From assembly GCA_964537315.1 (NCBI GenBank), contig CAZIAP010000005.1, positions 18,669 to 82,668 of the forward strand: a DNA stretch of 64,000 nucleotides, written 5' to 3'. The notes beneath the pieces are model-generated. The model did no database searches. It had not been told where the DNA came from and was given only the letters and a program-made list of their open reading frames with translations. The stretch comes from an uncultured Gammaproteobacteria bacterium. Its GTDB lineage: Bacteria > Patescibacteriota > Microgenomatia > Levybacterales > GWA1-39-11. The position numbers were made by a program, and so were the translations under genes. Shown in pieces: positions 39,909-49,459 of this stretch; position 1 is the stretch's first letter; every line of letters begins with the position of its first letter.

Positions 39909-39957
39909 GTAGTTTCAACTCCTGTCGCACATTTAAATCGCTTGAAAGGCAGTACTT

Positions 39958-40266
39958 ATGGCTAAAGGTAGAATTAGAGTAAAGCTAAAAAGTTATGATT
40001 CTCGAATCATAGACTCGACGTGTCAACAAATCCTTGACACAGCTATCAGAACAGGCGCAAAAGTAATCGGTCCTATCCCCCTACCAACCAAGCGATCTCT
40101 CACAGTTGTTAACAAATCTCCATTTATTGATAAAGATGCTCGTGAGCATTTTGAACTTAAAACTCACAAAAGACTTATCGATATCATGACTCCGACAGAT
40201 AAGACCATCGAGTCTCTAATCCACCTTGATCTCCCAGCAGGTGTTGATGTAGAGATTAAGATGTAA
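39958..40266 (+). CDS. rpsJ: 30S ribosomal protein S10
   Basis: MAKGRIRVKLKSYDSRIIDST...IRTGAKVIGPIPLPT. Confidence 0.9.
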   Translation: MAKGRIRVKLKSYDSRIIDSTCQQILDTAIRTGAKVIGPIPLPTKRSLTVVNKSPFIDKDAREHFELKTHKRLIDIMTPTDKTIESLIHLDLPAGVDVEIKM

Positions 40267-40346
40267 AAAGCGCAGAGCTAAAAACGAATAGCGCAAAGTT
40301 ACATCTTAAAATATATTAACCACTATCTACTTTTCTCTTTAGCTTA

Positions 40347-40355
40347 TGGTATACT
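40347..40355 (+). promoter_or_regulatory. Extended -10 promoter element (TGgTATACT) 7 nt upstream of the ATG, suggesting a leaderless transcript
   Basis: TGGTATACT at 40347-40355. ATG at 40363. No RBS. Confidence 0.35.
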
Positions 40356-40362
40356 CTGATCC

Positions 40363-40884
40363 ATGAAAGAGCAAGAAAACTTTCATTTTCCGTTTGATAA
40401 TGACAACTCCTCATCTGAAAGTAATCTAGATCCTGAAATTGCCAGAGTTGAAGCAATAAAATATGCTGAAAAAATAAAACAAATCATAAATATGATAAAA
40501 ACTACTCAAGAGACGAATCTAGGTAATGGAATGTGGATTAGCAGGAATAATGAAGGTGATATTGTCCCAGTATTGTACGATGACTCCAATTTCATTCAGG
40601 GTGTAAGTGGAATTACTATATTTAGCGTCTGGAAACCGTCATCTGATTCAGAACCTGTTTTGGAAGAGTCTATGTGTATACAATTTATTCATGAAGTAGA
40701 GGAATCTAAAGTAGGTGTAACAAAATATGATTTTTACGAGGATGGGGAATACGAAAAAGATAAAAGATATATTGTAGATGGCGAAAAAAGTCATGTTATT
40801 GTAAATGAGCCTATGTCTAGTGCCGATTTCGAGCTTGTTGGTTATGCATTAAAAAATATTTACAATAAATTACCAGCATTTTAA
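40363..40884 (+). CDS. Acidic hypothetical protein encoded between rpsJ and rplC
   Basis: 173-aa ORF with its own promoter-like element and a downstream terminator. No motif recognised. Confidence 0.5.
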   Translation: MKEQENFHFPFDNDNSSSESNLDPEIARVEAIKYAEKIKQIINMIKTTQETNLGNGMWISRNNEGDIVPVLYDDSNFIQGVSGITIFSVWKPSSDSEPVLEESMCIQFIHEVEESKVGVTKYDFYEDGEYEKDKRYIVDGEKSHVIVNEPMSSADFELVGYALKNIYNKLPAF

Positions 40885-41037
40885 AAATTTTTAATCTTTC
40901 TTACCCCTCTCTTGCAATCAGGCTTCAAATTTAATATAATTACTCGTATTGTCATGAGTTTAAATCAGGCTGATTTGACTAAACGTTATTCGAGAAGCAT
41001 TTCCTGACACTGAACTCTCCTATGGAGAAACAGTAGA

Positions 41038-41064
41038 ACGGCTTTTCGAAAGCCGTTTTTTTAT
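41038..41064 (+). terminator. Rho-independent terminator
   Basis: AACGGCTTT-TCG-AAAGCCGTT (9-bp stem) followed by TTTTTTTA. Confidence 0.7.
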
Positions 41065-41114
41065 GTCTCAAACACACATGATTCAGAAAAGATTACATAT
41101 AAAAATTATTAAAA

Positions 41115-41975
41115 ATGAACGTAACAACATTAATTGGAACAAAACTAGATCAGAAGCAAACCTTTCTTGAGGATGGTACACGTGTACCAGTTTCTCTTAT
41201 TTCAATCCGCGAAAATGTAATTACACAGATTAAAAACGTTGAAACTGATGGCTATATGTCACTACAGCTAGGATACGGTTCAACAAAAAAGGCAAAAAAT
41301 TCAGTAAACGGAATGGCAAAAAAAGCGGGGTTAAAAGAAACACCCCGTTTTTTACGAGAAACTCGTGTAGAAGACGTATCTGATGCTACAGTCGGTAACT
41401 CTCTCAAAGTTGAAGAAGTATTTGAAGCTGGAGATATTGTAAATGTTGCTGGAACTTCAAAAGGTAAAGGATACGCTGGTGTAGTAAAACGACATGGATT
41501 TCACGGTGGACCAAAAACTCACGGACAGTCAGACAGACATCGTGCACCAGGATCAATCGGACAATCCGCAACACCGGGGCGCGTATATAAAGGTAAAAGA
41601 ATGGCTGGACGTATGGGAAATGAACGTGTTACAGTCCGGAATCTTATGGTTTTAGATATCGTAGATGGTGTTTTATATGTTAAAGGACTTGTTCCAGGGC
41701 CAAAAGGGACATTAATTGAAGTCAAAAAAGTAGGACATGATAATAAATTTACTCCACTATTCAAAATTGTTGAGGAGGTAGAGGCAACAGACGCTAAAAC
41801 TACGGAAGATACGCCAGCTGTAGAAGAGACAGTAGTAGTTGATGAAGTAGTAGAGGAAACTCCAAAGACAGAGACAGTTGAAGAATCTGCTCCTGAAGAA
41901 GATGCTAAATCTGAAAATAAGGATGAAGTTGTAACTCCGATTGAAGAAGAATTAAAGAAGGAGGAGAAAGAGTAA
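41115..41975 (+). CDS. rplC: 50S ribosomal protein L3 with an ~80-aa acidic C-terminal extension
   Basis: N-terminus and core match L3 (LEDGTRVPVSLI...). Extension is rich in E/V/T. Confidence 0.9.
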   Translation: MNVTTLIGTKLDQKQTFLEDGTRVPVSLISIRENVITQIKNVETDGYMSLQLGYGSTKKAKNSVNGMAKKAGLKETPRFLRETRVEDVSDATVGNSLKVEEVFEAGDIVNVAGTSKGKGYAGVVKRHGFHGGPKTHGQSDRHRAPGSIGQSATPGRVYKGKRMAGRMGNERVTVRNLMVLDIVDGVLYVKGLVPGPKGTLIEVKKVGHDNKFTPLFKIVEEVEATDAKTTEDTPAVEETVVVDEVVEETPKTETVEESAPEEDAKSENKDEVVTPIEEELKKEEKE

Positions 41976-42085
41976 ATTAATCTAATTTCTAATTGCTCTA
42001 ATTGACCTAAGTATATTTGGTCATTAGTAAATTAGAATTTATTTAGAAATTAGAATAATTAGGTTAATTAGAAATTTCAAATATT
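41976..42085. repeat. Palindromic AT-rich intergenic repeat, TTAGAAATTAG / CTAATTTCTAA family
   Basis: Outer arms ctaatttctaattg...ttagaaattag. Nested hairpin ctaattgacc-(11 nt)-ggtcattag. Related copies at 46342, 47214, 48403, 57624 and 26227. Confidence 0.6.
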
Positions 42086-42841
42086 ATGGCAGAAGTAAAA
42101 AAGAATACTAAAAAAACAACTGAGGTAAAGGCTAAGGTAAGCAAGCCAACCGCAACTAAAGCAATGGCGAGCAAGGAAGCACAGCTTAAAGTTAGCGTTG
42201 TAGATATAAATGGAAAGTCAGCTGGAACAATTGAGTTACCAGTAGAGGTATTTGGTGCTAAAGTTAATCCTACACTTATGGCGCAAGCTGTTCGTGTATA
42301 TCTTGCAAACCAGAGGCAGGGAACGGCACGCGCTAAAACTCGTGGTGAAGTAAACGCTTCAACTCGTAAGATTTATCGACAGAAAGGTACTGGGCGCGCA
42401 CGGCACGGTGCGCTTACTGCACCTCTTTTTGTAGGCGGAGGAACAACTTTTGGTCCTAAACCTCGTGATTTTTCATTGAACTTTTCAAAGAAAATGCGTC
42501 GAGCTGCTCTATTTAGTGCTTTGACTCAAAAAGTTGTAAATAAGGAGCTCGTTGTTCTTGATGTATCTAATGGAGTAACAGGAAAAACAAAAGAAATGTT
42601 TGGAGCATTAAAAGCTTTAAATATGCTTAATAAAAAAGGAAAAGGAAATAAGGTTTTGTTAGTTACGCACGACGCTGAGTCGGTAAAAAAAGCAGCGCGT
42701 AATATTGAAGGGGTTCAAGCTACAAGCGTATCAACACTTTCGACTTATACAGTCCTAAATCACAGAAATATAATCTTTGTAAAAGGCGCAGTTGGAAAGA
42801 TGAGTGAAATATATCTAGATAAGCAAGAAGCTAAAAGCTAA
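42086..42841 (+). CDS. rplD: 50S ribosomal protein L4, possibly with ~26-aa Lys-rich N-terminal extension
   Basis: Core [16 protein letters not shown]...GTGRAR. Alternative start at Met 42164 gives a canonical-length L4. Confidence 0.85.
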   Translation: MAEVKKNTKKTTEVKAKVSKPTATKAMASKEAQLKVSVVDINGKSAGTIELPVEVFGAKVNPTLMAQAVRVYLANQRQGTARAKTRGEVNASTRKIYRQKGTGRARHGALTAPLFVGGGTTFGPKPRDFSLNFSKKMRRAALFSALTQKVVNKELVVLDVSNGVTGKTKEMFGALKALNMLNKKGKGNKVLLVTHDAESVKKAARNIEGVQATSVSTLSTYTVLNHRNIIFVKGAVGKMSEIYLDKQEAKS

Positions 42842-42852
42842 AAACGAAAAAT

Positions 42853-43152
42853 ATGAAATCTATACACGAAGTTATAAAAAAACCAATTATAAGTGAAAAA
42901 TCTTTCGCTGAGGCATCACGCGGCAGATATTCTTTTGTTGTAGATGAGTCTGCAAACAAAAATGATATTAAAGCAGCAGTCGAAAAAATGTTTAATGTCA
43001 AAGTAGTAGGAGTTGCAACAAATATTATCAAAGGATCAAAAATGAGATTTACTAAAAAAGGGAGAAATTTACAAAACTTAACATATAAAAAAGCACGTGT
43101 ACAATTAGCAAAAGATCAAAAAATCGATATCTTCGAGGAGGTAAAAGAATAG
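42853..43152 (+). CDS. rplW: 50S ribosomal protein L23
   Basis: HEVIKKPIISEKS...KYSFVVDESANKNDIKAAVEKMFNVKV. Confidence 0.85.
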   Translation: MKSIHEVIKKPIISEKSFAEASRGRYSFVVDESANKNDIKAAVEKMFNVKVVGVATNIIKGSKMRFTKKGRNLQNLTYKKARVQLAKDQKIDIFEEVKE

Positions 43153-43154
43153 TT

Positions 43155-43898
43155 ATGAGAAAACTTAAAGTAATACTAAAAAAACATTCAGGACGTGATG
43201 GAAGCGGTCAGGTTGTAGTGCGCCATCAAGGAGGAAGGCATAAGAGATTTTATCGTGTTATTGACTTTAAACGAAATAAAATTGATGTAGATGGTACAGT
43301 AACCTCAATTGATTATGATCCAAATCGTTCTGTAGATATTGCTCTTGTGCAGTACGCTGATGGGGATAAAAGATATATTTTATGTCCGGTTGGATTAAAA
43401 GTAGGCGACAAGATAAAGGCAGGCGAGAAGTCTGAAATTAAAACAGGAAATGCGCTTCCTATGCGCAGTATTCCGGTTGGAAGTATTGTACATAATCTTG
43501 AGCTTACAAGAGGTCGTGGTGGACAAATAGTGAGAGCAGCAGGAAATCAGGCTATTATTCAGTCAAGAGAAGGCGGATATGTTCAAGTAAAACTTCCGAG
43601 TGGAGAGATCCGTAAGATAAACGCGGAAAATTATGCTACAATTGGCCAGCTTGGCAATGTCGATCGTAAGGATCGTGTAATGGGTAAAGCAGGTGCGAAC
43701 AGAAGAATGGGTAAACGGCCGACTGTTAGAGGTGTTGCGATGAATCCTCGCTCACATCCTCATGGCGGTGGAGAAGGAAGATCAGGTATTGGTATGCCTT
43801 CACCTAAAACCTATGCAGGAAAGTTAGCAGTAGGAAAAACAAGAAGACCTAAAAAATATTCAGATAAATATATTGTTAAAAGAAGAGGAGAGAAATAA
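43155..43898 (+). CDS. rplB: 50S ribosomal protein L2
   Basis: [18 protein letters not shown]...GNALP...GSIVHNLEL...GQ..RAAG...HPHGGGEG. Confidence 0.9.
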   Translation: MRKLKVILKKHSGRDGSGQVVVRHQGGRHKRFYRVIDFKRNKIDVDGTVTSIDYDPNRSVDIALVQYADGDKRYILCPVGLKVGDKIKAGEKSEIKTGNALPMRSIPVGSIVHNLELTRGRGGQIVRAAGNQAIIQSREGGYVQVKLPSGEIRKINAENYATIGQLGNVDRKDRVMGKAGANRRMGKRPTVRGVAMNPRSHPHGGGEGRSGIGMPSPKTYAGKLAVGKTRRPKKYSDKYIVKRRGEK

Positions 43899-43900
43899 TT

Positions 43901-44185
43901 ATGGCAAGATCAAGTAAAAAAGGACCATTAATTGACGAAAGACTAATGAAAAAGGTACAGGCTCAAAAAGAGTCAGGTAATCGTGATGGAATAAAAACCT
44001 GGTCAAGAGCATGTCAAATACCGCCAGAGTTTGTCGGTCACACATTTATGATTCATAACGGTAAGCACTTTATTTCAGTGCGGATTACTGAAGGAATGGT
44101 AGGACATAGACTCGGAGAGTTTGCTCCGACTCGACACTTTAAAGGACACGGAAGAATTGTGGCTCGTGAGATTAGTAAAACCTAG
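43901..44185 (+). CDS. rpsS: 30S ribosomal protein S19
   Basis: [15 protein letters not shown]...[33 protein letters not shown]. Confidence 0.9.
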   Translation: MARSSKKGPLIDERLMKKVQAQKESGNRDGIKTWSRACQIPPEFVGHTFMIHNGKHFISVRITEGMVGHRLGEFAPTRHFKGHGRIVAREISKT

Positions 44186-44207
44186 TTAATTGATTAGAAT
44201 TTGAATT

Positions 44208-44711
44208 ATGGAATACAAAGCAGAAGCAAAAAATATTAAGATATCACCCCGCAAAGTGCGGTTGGTAGCAGATAGTGTAAAAGGTTTACAGCTCGATCAG
44301 ATGATTGCTAGTTTGACTGTATTAAACAAAAGAGCGGCTGATCCAATTCGCAAGACTTTGGAAAGCGCAATAGCGAATGCTGTAAATAACTTTCAGGCAA
44401 GCAGAGGAGATCTGAAACTTAAAGAAATAATGATTGGAGAAGGAATCATGTACAAAAGATATCATTTTGCTGCACGGGGTCGTGTTCGCCCGTACCTTCG
44501 TCGTACCAGTCATATTAGGGTGATTTTGGAAGATCAGATTGAAAGAACAGAAATGGCAACAAAAGCAGCAGAGCAAGCAGTAATTAATATGACAGAGCCC
44601 ACCGACGCTAAAGCTATGGAGGGCAAGCCCACTTCTGTTAAAGCTAAGGAAGGAAAAGAAGTAAAGAAAGTTACTAAGAAGGTTGAGAAAAAGAAAGGAG
44701 AAAGTAAATAA
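44208..44711 (+). CDS. rplV: 50S ribosomal protein L22 with ~55-aa K/E-rich C-terminal extension
   Basis: KNIKISPRKVRLVADSVKG L22 core. Tail ...KEGKEVKKVTKKVEKKKGESK. Confidence 0.85.
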   Translation: MEYKAEAKNIKISPRKVRLVADSVKGLQLDQMIASLTVLNKRAADPIRKTLESAIANAVNNFQASRGDLKLKEIMIGEGIMYKRYHFAARGRVRPYLRRTSHIRVILEDQIERTEMATKAAEQAVINMTEPTDAKAMEGKPTSVKAKEGKEVKKVTKKVEKKKGESK

Positions 44712-45352
44712 TGGGACAAAAAGTAAACCCGATTGCATTAAGATTAGGAATTCACCATGACTTCAAGAGCGTGGGATATTATTCTAAGAAAAATTATGCA
44801 TCTACGGTATTGCAAGATATAAAAATTAGAGAAATGTTGTTTGACAAACTCAAGCAAGCAAGTATAGGCGAAGTACAGATATTACGCACATTAAATGGAA
44901 TTAAAATAACGATTCATGTTGTACGTCCTGGTATTGTAATTGGGCGTGGAGGACAAGGGTTAGAAGAGCTTAAGAGGTCAATTGTTCGCGTGATGCAGGA
45001 AACCAGCAAAGAGAAGGTTTCACCACGAATTGAGCTTAAAGTAGAGCCAATTAAGGATCCTAACCTGAGCGCGCATTTAGTAGCAACAAATATCTCTGAT
45101 ATGTTAAATCGTCGCATGCCTCACAGACGTGTAATGAAACAGTCTGCAGAGCGAGTTATGAATGCAGGTGCAAAAGGTGTTAGAATCATACTTTCCGGAC
45201 GTATTGGAGGAGCTGAGATTGGACGAAAAGAAAGAACACAGATCGGAAAGGTGTCTCTTTCAACTATTAGAGAAAACATTGATTATGCACAGATTCCAGC
45301 TTTGACAAAAAGCGGATATGTGGGAGTAAAAGTTTGGATAAATAAGGAGTAA
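44711..45352 (+). CDS. rpsC: 30S ribosomal protein S3
   Basis: MGQKVNPIALRLGI..., KH domain, GRIGGAEIGRKE. Confidence 0.9.
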   Translation: MGQKVNPIALRLGIHHDFKSVGYYSKKNYASTVLQDIKIREMLFDKLKQASIGEVQILRTLNGIKITIHVVRPGIVIGRGGQGLEELKRSIVRVMQETSKEKVSPRIELKVEPIKDPNLSAHLVATNISDMLNRRMPHRRVMKQSAERVMNAGAKGVRIILSGRIGGAEIGRKERTQIGKVSLSTIRENIDYAQIPALTKSGYVGVKVWINKE

Positions 45353-45358
45353 TAAATT

Positions 45359-45775
45359 ATGTTAATGCCAAAAAGATTAAAATATAGAAAAATATTTAAG
45401 CAACGTGAGGATAAAGGCGTAGAGCAAAAAGGAATCACTCTTGCTTTTGGTACATTTGGACTTAGATCTGAGACATCAGGACAGATTACCAGTCGTCAGA
45501 TTGAGTCTGCGCGTCGTGCAATGACCCACTTTACTAAGCGTGGTGGTAGAATTTGGATTCGCATTTTCCCTGCAACTCCAACGACTAAAAAACCGCCTGA
45601 GACTCGAATGGGTGGAGGAAAAGGTGACATACATGAATATGTGACAAAGGTAGGTCCTGGAAGAGTACTTTTTGAAATGAGTGGAGTTAGTGAAGAGGTG
45701 GCTAAAGAAGCGTTCCGTCTTGCTTCACACAAACTGCCTGTAAAAAGTGGTTTTATTACAAGGGAAGGAAAATAG
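45359..45775 (+). CDS. rplP: 50S ribosomal protein L16
   Basis: MLMPKRLKYRKIFKQ...RQIESARRAMTHF...GGGKGDIHEYV. Confidence 0.9.
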   Translation: MLMPKRLKYRKIFKQREDKGVEQKGITLAFGTFGLRSETSGQITSRQIESARRAMTHFTKRGGRIWIRIFPATPTTKKPPETRMGGGKGDIHEYVTKVGPGRVLFEMSGVSEEVAKEAFRLASHKLPVKSGFITREGK

Positions 45776-45776
45776 T

Positions 45777-45992
45777 ATGAAAACGAAAGAAGTAAAAGAA
45801 TTGCCTAATAAGACAAATGCAGATTTAACAAAAATGCTCGATGAGTTGCACTCTTCGTTTGCAAAAAACAAACTTGATTTAAAGCTTGGCAGAAGTAAGA
45901 ATACTGCAGTTTTAAAAGATATCAAGAGAGACATAGCACGGGTAATGACAGTGCTAAAGAAAAAGGAAGGAGAAATTAAAGAAAATGTCTAA
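45777..45992 (+). CDS. rpmC: 50S ribosomal protein L29
   Basis: Start adjusted to MKTKEVKEL. ...LDELHSSFAKNKLDLKLGRSKNTAVLKDIKRDIARV. Confidence 0.8.
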   Translation: MKTKEVKELPNKTNADLTKMLDELHSSFAKNKLDLKLGRSKNTAVLKDIKRDIARVMTVLKKKEGEIKENV

Positions 45993-46341
45993 AAAAATAT
46001 TAACAGGAACAGTAGTTTCGGATAAGATGACCAATACCGTTGTAGTTGAGGTTGTGCGTTACGTTGTGCATCCACTATATAAAAAGAGGATTAAGTTAAC
46101 AAAAAAATATAGTGCGGACACTAATGGAGTACCAAGCGCGGTAGGTGATTTTGTAAAAATTGAGGAGACTGTACCGATAAGTAAGACAAAACATTTTAAG
46201 GTTATTGAAAAGATCGTTGAGATTACACCTGAAGGAGAAAAAACAGCAAAGGTGAGTACGAAAGATACAAAAAACTCAGCTGAAAAAGAAGAAAAAAAGC
46301 CAGCACGAAAAGTCAGAGCAAAGAAAGGAGAATCTAAGTAA
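45985..46341 (+). CDS. rpsQ: 30S ribosomal protein S17 with K/E-rich C-terminal extension
   Basis: ILTGTVVSDKMTNTVVVEVVRYVVHPLYKKRI. About 35-aa tail. Confidence 0.85.
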   Translation: MSKKILTGTVVSDKMTNTVVVEVVRYVVHPLYKKRIKLTKKYSADTNGVPSAVGDFVKIEETVPISKTKHFKVIEKIVEITPEGEKTAKVSTKDTKNSAEKEEKKPARKVRAKKGESK

Positions 46342-46408
46342 AATAGCTAATATCTAACTTCTAATGCCAAATTAGGAATTAGTAATTAGGACTTAGAAAT
46401 TTATAACA
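46342..46408. repeat. Intergenic repeat copy (CTAATNTCTAATGNCAAATTAGGAATTAGTAATTAGGACTTAGAAATTT), about 85% identical to the copy at 57624
   Basis: Direct comparison of the rpsQ-rplN and rplM-rpsI spacers. Confidence 0.6.
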
Positions 46409-46783
46409 ATGGTACAATTACGAACAATGCTAGTATCTGCTGATAACAGCGGAGCGAAAGAACTAATGGTAATCCAGATATATGGTGGATCACGCCGTCG
46501 ATTTGGATATCTTGGTGAAACACTTGGTTGTATTGTAAAGAGAGCATTACCAAATGGTGAGTATAAAAAAGGCGACTTGGTAAAAGTTGTGCTGGTTCGA
46601 ACAAAAAAAGAGGTAAGACGCGCTGATGGATCATATATAAGATTTTCCGAAAATGCAGGTGTTGTAATAAATAGTCTTGAAAATAAGGACCCTGTAGGGA
46701 CACGTGTTTTCGGTCCAATTGCGCGTGAAGTACGTGAGAAAGGATTTACAAAAATTGCGAGCTTAGCAAAAAATGTAGTTTAA
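46409..46783 (+). CDS. rplN: 50S ribosomal protein L14
   Basis: MVQLRTMLVSADNSGAKELMVIQIYGGSRRR. Confidence 0.9.
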   Translation: MVQLRTMLVSADNSGAKELMVIQIYGGSRRRFGYLGETLGCIVKRALPNGEYKKGDLVKVVLVRTKKEVRRADGSYIRFSENAGVVINSLENKDPVGTRVFGPIAREVREKGFTKIASLAKNVV

Positions 46784-46788
46784 ATATT

Positions 46789-47094
46789 ATGAAATTAAAA
46801 AAAGGCGATTTAGTACAAATAATGATGGGAAAAGATAAAGGTAAAACCGGTAAGATTGAACGTGTTTTGCCGAAAAAAAACACAGTTGTAGTGGAAGGAT
46901 TAAATGTTTACAAAAGACACGTAAAAGGTCTTGGTGGACAGCAAGCGTCTGAGATAAAAACATTCTCGCGCCCGTTACCTGTTTCCAAGGTTGCACTGGT
47001 AGATCCAAAGAGCAAGAAACCTACACGTGTAGTATTTAAATCTGAAAAAGGTGAAAAAGTAAGAGTGGCTAAAAAATCAGGCCAAACAATTTAA
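46789..47094 (+). CDS. rplX: 50S ribosomal protein L24
   Basis: [27 protein letters not shown] (KOW motif). Confidence 0.85.
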   Translation: MKLKKGDLVQIMMGKDKGKTGKIERVLPKKNTVVVEGLNVYKRHVKGLGGQQASEIKTFSRPLPVSKVALVDPKSKKPTRVVFKSEKGEKVRVAKKSGQTI

Positions 47095-47099
47095 ATATT

Positions 47100-47213
47100 A
47101 TGAAAGTACAAGCATCAGTTAAACCAAGGTGTATGAAATGTAAAATAGTACGCCGAAAAGGAAAAGTATATGTAATTTGTGAGAACCCTAAGCACAAACA
47201 GCGACAGGGATAG
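47100..47213 (+). CDS. rpmJ: 50S ribosomal protein L36 (not in the ORF track; 37 aa)
   Basis: Hand translation gives [37 protein letters not shown], the canonical L36 C-x2-C...C-x4-H zinc-ribbon pattern. Confidence 0.8.
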   Translation: MKVQASVKPRCMKCKIVRRKGKVYVICENPKHKQRQG

Positions 47214-47251
47214 TTTGATAATGTCTAATTTATAATGACAAATTAGTAATT
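47214..47251. repeat. Short copy of the CTAATTT(C/A)TAATGACAAATTAG intergenic repeat
   Basis: gtctaatttataatgacaaattagtaatttt upstream of rplE. Confidence 0.45.
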
Positions 47252-47809
47252 TTGAATATGAGTAGTTATAAAAAAACATATAAAGATGAAATAGTGCCGA
47301 AGCTACAGAAGCGGATGAATATAAAAAATCCGATGGCTGTACCGAGGCTTCAAAAGATCGTAGTTAACACCAGCAATCGTGAGTTTTTGCAGGATAAAAA
47401 GAATATTGAAAAATATGCTGATGAGCTAGTAACAATCACAGGGCAAAAACCAAAGGTTGTAAAAGCAAAAATATCTGTTGCAACATTTAAATTGCGTGAA
47501 GGTGACGATATTGGGTTGGTTGTGACATTACGCGGTGACCGTATGTATGATTTTTTTGAAAAACTTGTTAAAATAGTCCTTCCGCGCGTGAAAGATTTTA
47601 GCGGAGTAAGTAGAGAATCATTTGACGGTCATGGTAATATGACAATCGGGTTTTCTGAACAGACGGTTTTTCCTGAGATTGACCCTGGTAGAGTTGATCG
47701 AATTAGAAGCTTGCAAATGGTACTTGTGACTAGTGCAAGTAACGATGAACAAGGGTTAGCTTTATTAGAGGAAATGGGAATGCCGTTTAAAAAGATAGTA
47801 AAGGAGTAA
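47252..47809 (+). CDS. rplE: 50S ribosomal protein L5
   Basis: Conserved L5 core (...[16 protein letters not shown]...[22 protein letters not shown]). Confidence 0.9.
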   Translation: MNMSSYKKTYKDEIVPKLQKRMNIKNPMAVPRLQKIVVNTSNREFLQDKKNIEKYADELVTITGQKPKVVKAKISVATFKLREGDDIGLVVTLRGDRMYDFFEKLVKIVLPRVKDFSGVSRESFDGHGNMTIGFSEQTVFPEIDPGRVDRIRSLQMVLVTSASNDEQGLALLEEMGMPFKKIVKE

Positions 47810-47811
47810 GT

Positions 47812-47997
47812 ATGGCTAAAAAATCAGACGTAGTAAAATTTGAAAAAAAACAAAAATATAGTACTAGAGAAAAGAACAGATGTGCAATCTGCGGTCGTTC
47901 ACGTGCATTTATTCGCATGTATGGTATGTGTAGAATATGTTTTAGAGAAAAAGCACTGAAAGGACAGTTGCCAGGTGTGAAGAAAGCATCGTGGTAA
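47812..47997 (+). CDS. rpsZ: 30S ribosomal protein S14, zinc-binding type Z (61 aa)
   Basis: [23 protein letters not shown] (C-x2-C...C-x2-C). Confidence 0.85.
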   Translation: MAKKSDVVKFEKKQKYSTREKNRCAICGRSRAFIRMYGMCRICFREKALKGQLPGVKKASW

Positions 47998-48012
47998 GAA
48001 AGGAAAAATAAT

Positions 48013-48402
48013 ATGAATTATACAATGGGTGATTTTATGATTAGGATTAAAAATGCGTATATGGCGCATCTTCCGACAGTGGAAGCACCGTATTCAAAGA
48101 CATCATTGGCATTGGCAAAAATTTTGGTCGATAACAAATACGTAAAAAAAGTTGAAGAAAAAGAAGTGGATGGTTGGAAAAAGCTGGTAGTAACTCTTAG
48201 TTACAGTAAAAGAAACCCGGCGTTAAGCAACGTGAAAATTATTTCTACGCCATCATTACACATTTACGTAAAGAAACATGAGTTGCCTACAAAAGTCCGT
48301 GAGCTGGGTATTCATATAATTTCTACCAGTAAAGGACTAATGTCAGATAAAGACGCTATGAAAGCTGGAGTTGGAGGGAAGCTTCTTTTCCAGGTTCAAT
48401 AA
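48013..48402 (+). CDS. rpsH: 30S ribosomal protein S8
   Basis: DFMIRIKNAYMA...IISTSKGLMSDKDA...GGKLLFQV. Confidence 0.9.
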   Translation: MNYTMGDFMIRIKNAYMAHLPTVEAPYSKTSLALAKILVDNKYVKKVEEKEVDGWKKLVVTLSYSKRNPALSNVKIISTPSLHIYVKKHELPTKVRELGIHIISTSKGLMSDKDAMKAGVGGKLLFQVQ

Positions 48403-48518
48403 GGAAAAGAAGAAATTAACCTAATTTCTAATTGACCTAATTAACCAAAAGTTAGATCAATTGAAAATTGGGATTTGTTTAGAAATTAGTAATTAGAATA
48501 ATTAGAAATTTATAAAAT
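48403..48518. repeat. Palindromic AT-rich intergenic repeat (same family as 41976..42085)
   Basis: cctaatttctaattgacctaatt...tttagaaattagtaattagaataattagaaattt. The left arm is nearly identical to the rplC-rplD copy. Confidence 0.6.
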
Positions 48519-49061
48519 ATGTCAAATATAGGAAAAGTACCAGTAGAAATAAAAGAAGGAGTTCAAGTCACAATTGACGGTAGTAAGGCAGTGGTTACAG
48601 GACCTAAAGGTACATTGGAGCAGAGAATTCCAAGAGGTATTGCAGTAGAGCAGGAAAATGGACACTTAGTAGTTAAAAAAGTTCACGATAGTAAAGAGCT
48701 TGAAAAGTTTTATGGTCTTACCCGAGCGCTACTTGCGAACATGGTAATCGGCGTAAGTGAAGGGTTTACAAAGCAAATGGAGCTTCATGGAGTAGGGTAT
48801 CGCGCAAAAGTAGAAGGAAATGTTCTTGTACTGAATGTCGGATTTGCTCACCCTGTCAGAATTACTCCGCCTGAAGGTGTAACATTTACCGTAGCAGATA
48901 ATAATATTAATATTTCAGGAATAAACAAAGAGTTAGTGGGAGATATTGCAAGTAAGATTAGAAAAGTACGTCCTCCGGATCCATATAAATCAAAGGGTAT
49001 TCGGTATGCAGGAGAAATACTAAAGAAGAAAGCAGGTAAGTCTGCAAAAGCAGCTAAATAA
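48519..49061 (+). CDS. rplF: 50S ribosomal protein L6
   Basis: MSNIGKVPVEI...VTGPKGTL...GVGYRA. Confidence 0.9.
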   Translation: MSNIGKVPVEIKEGVQVTIDGSKAVVTGPKGTLEQRIPRGIAVEQENGHLVVKKVHDSKELEKFYGLTRALLANMVIGVSEGFTKQMELHGVGYRAKVEGNVLVLNVGFAHPVRITPPEGVTFTVADNNINISGINKELVGDIASKIRKVRPPDPYKSKGIRYAGEILKKKAGKSAKAAK

Positions 49062-49070
49062 AGGAGAAAT

Positions 49071-49430
49071 ATGAGTGAAATAATAACAAAAAAAGAACGA
49101 AGGATACGGCGCGTGAATCGCGTACGTAGTAAATTATTGGATCAAAACGGAAAACTTAGAATATCAGTTTTTGCATCTAATAAGCATATGTATGCTCAAA
49201 TTATTGATGATGCAGATGGAAAGACATTAGTAAGTGTGTCTATGACTGATGTGAAGAGTGCCAAAGGATCAAAAAGTGAGATCGCAGCTCAACTCGGATC
49301 ACTTCTTGCAGAGAAAGCAAAGAGTGCAAAAATTAATGACAATATGGTATTTGATAAGGGTAGGTATAAGTATCATGGGCGCGTTAAAGCATTTGCAGAC
49401 GCAGCTCGAGAAGCAGGTCTTAAGTTTTAA
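49071..49430 (+). CDS. rplR: 50S ribosomal protein L18
   Basis: RLSVFASNKHMYAQIIDD...VFDKGRYKYHGRVKAFADAAREAGLKF. Confidence 0.85.
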   Translation: MSEIITKKERRIRRVNRVRSKLLDQNGKLRISVFASNKHMYAQIIDDADGKTLVSVSMTDVKSAKGSKSEIAAQLGSLLAEKAKSAKINDNMVFDKGRYKYHGRVKAFADAAREAGLKF

Positions 49431-49459
49431 GGTATAATAAATATATAAATTTAAATATT

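Noticed and set aside
44322-45934. Minus-strand ORFs within rplV, rpsC and rplP (44322..44738, 44534..44719, 44914..45117, 45496..45732, 45725..45934)
   Set aside because: Antisense to ribosomal protein genes.
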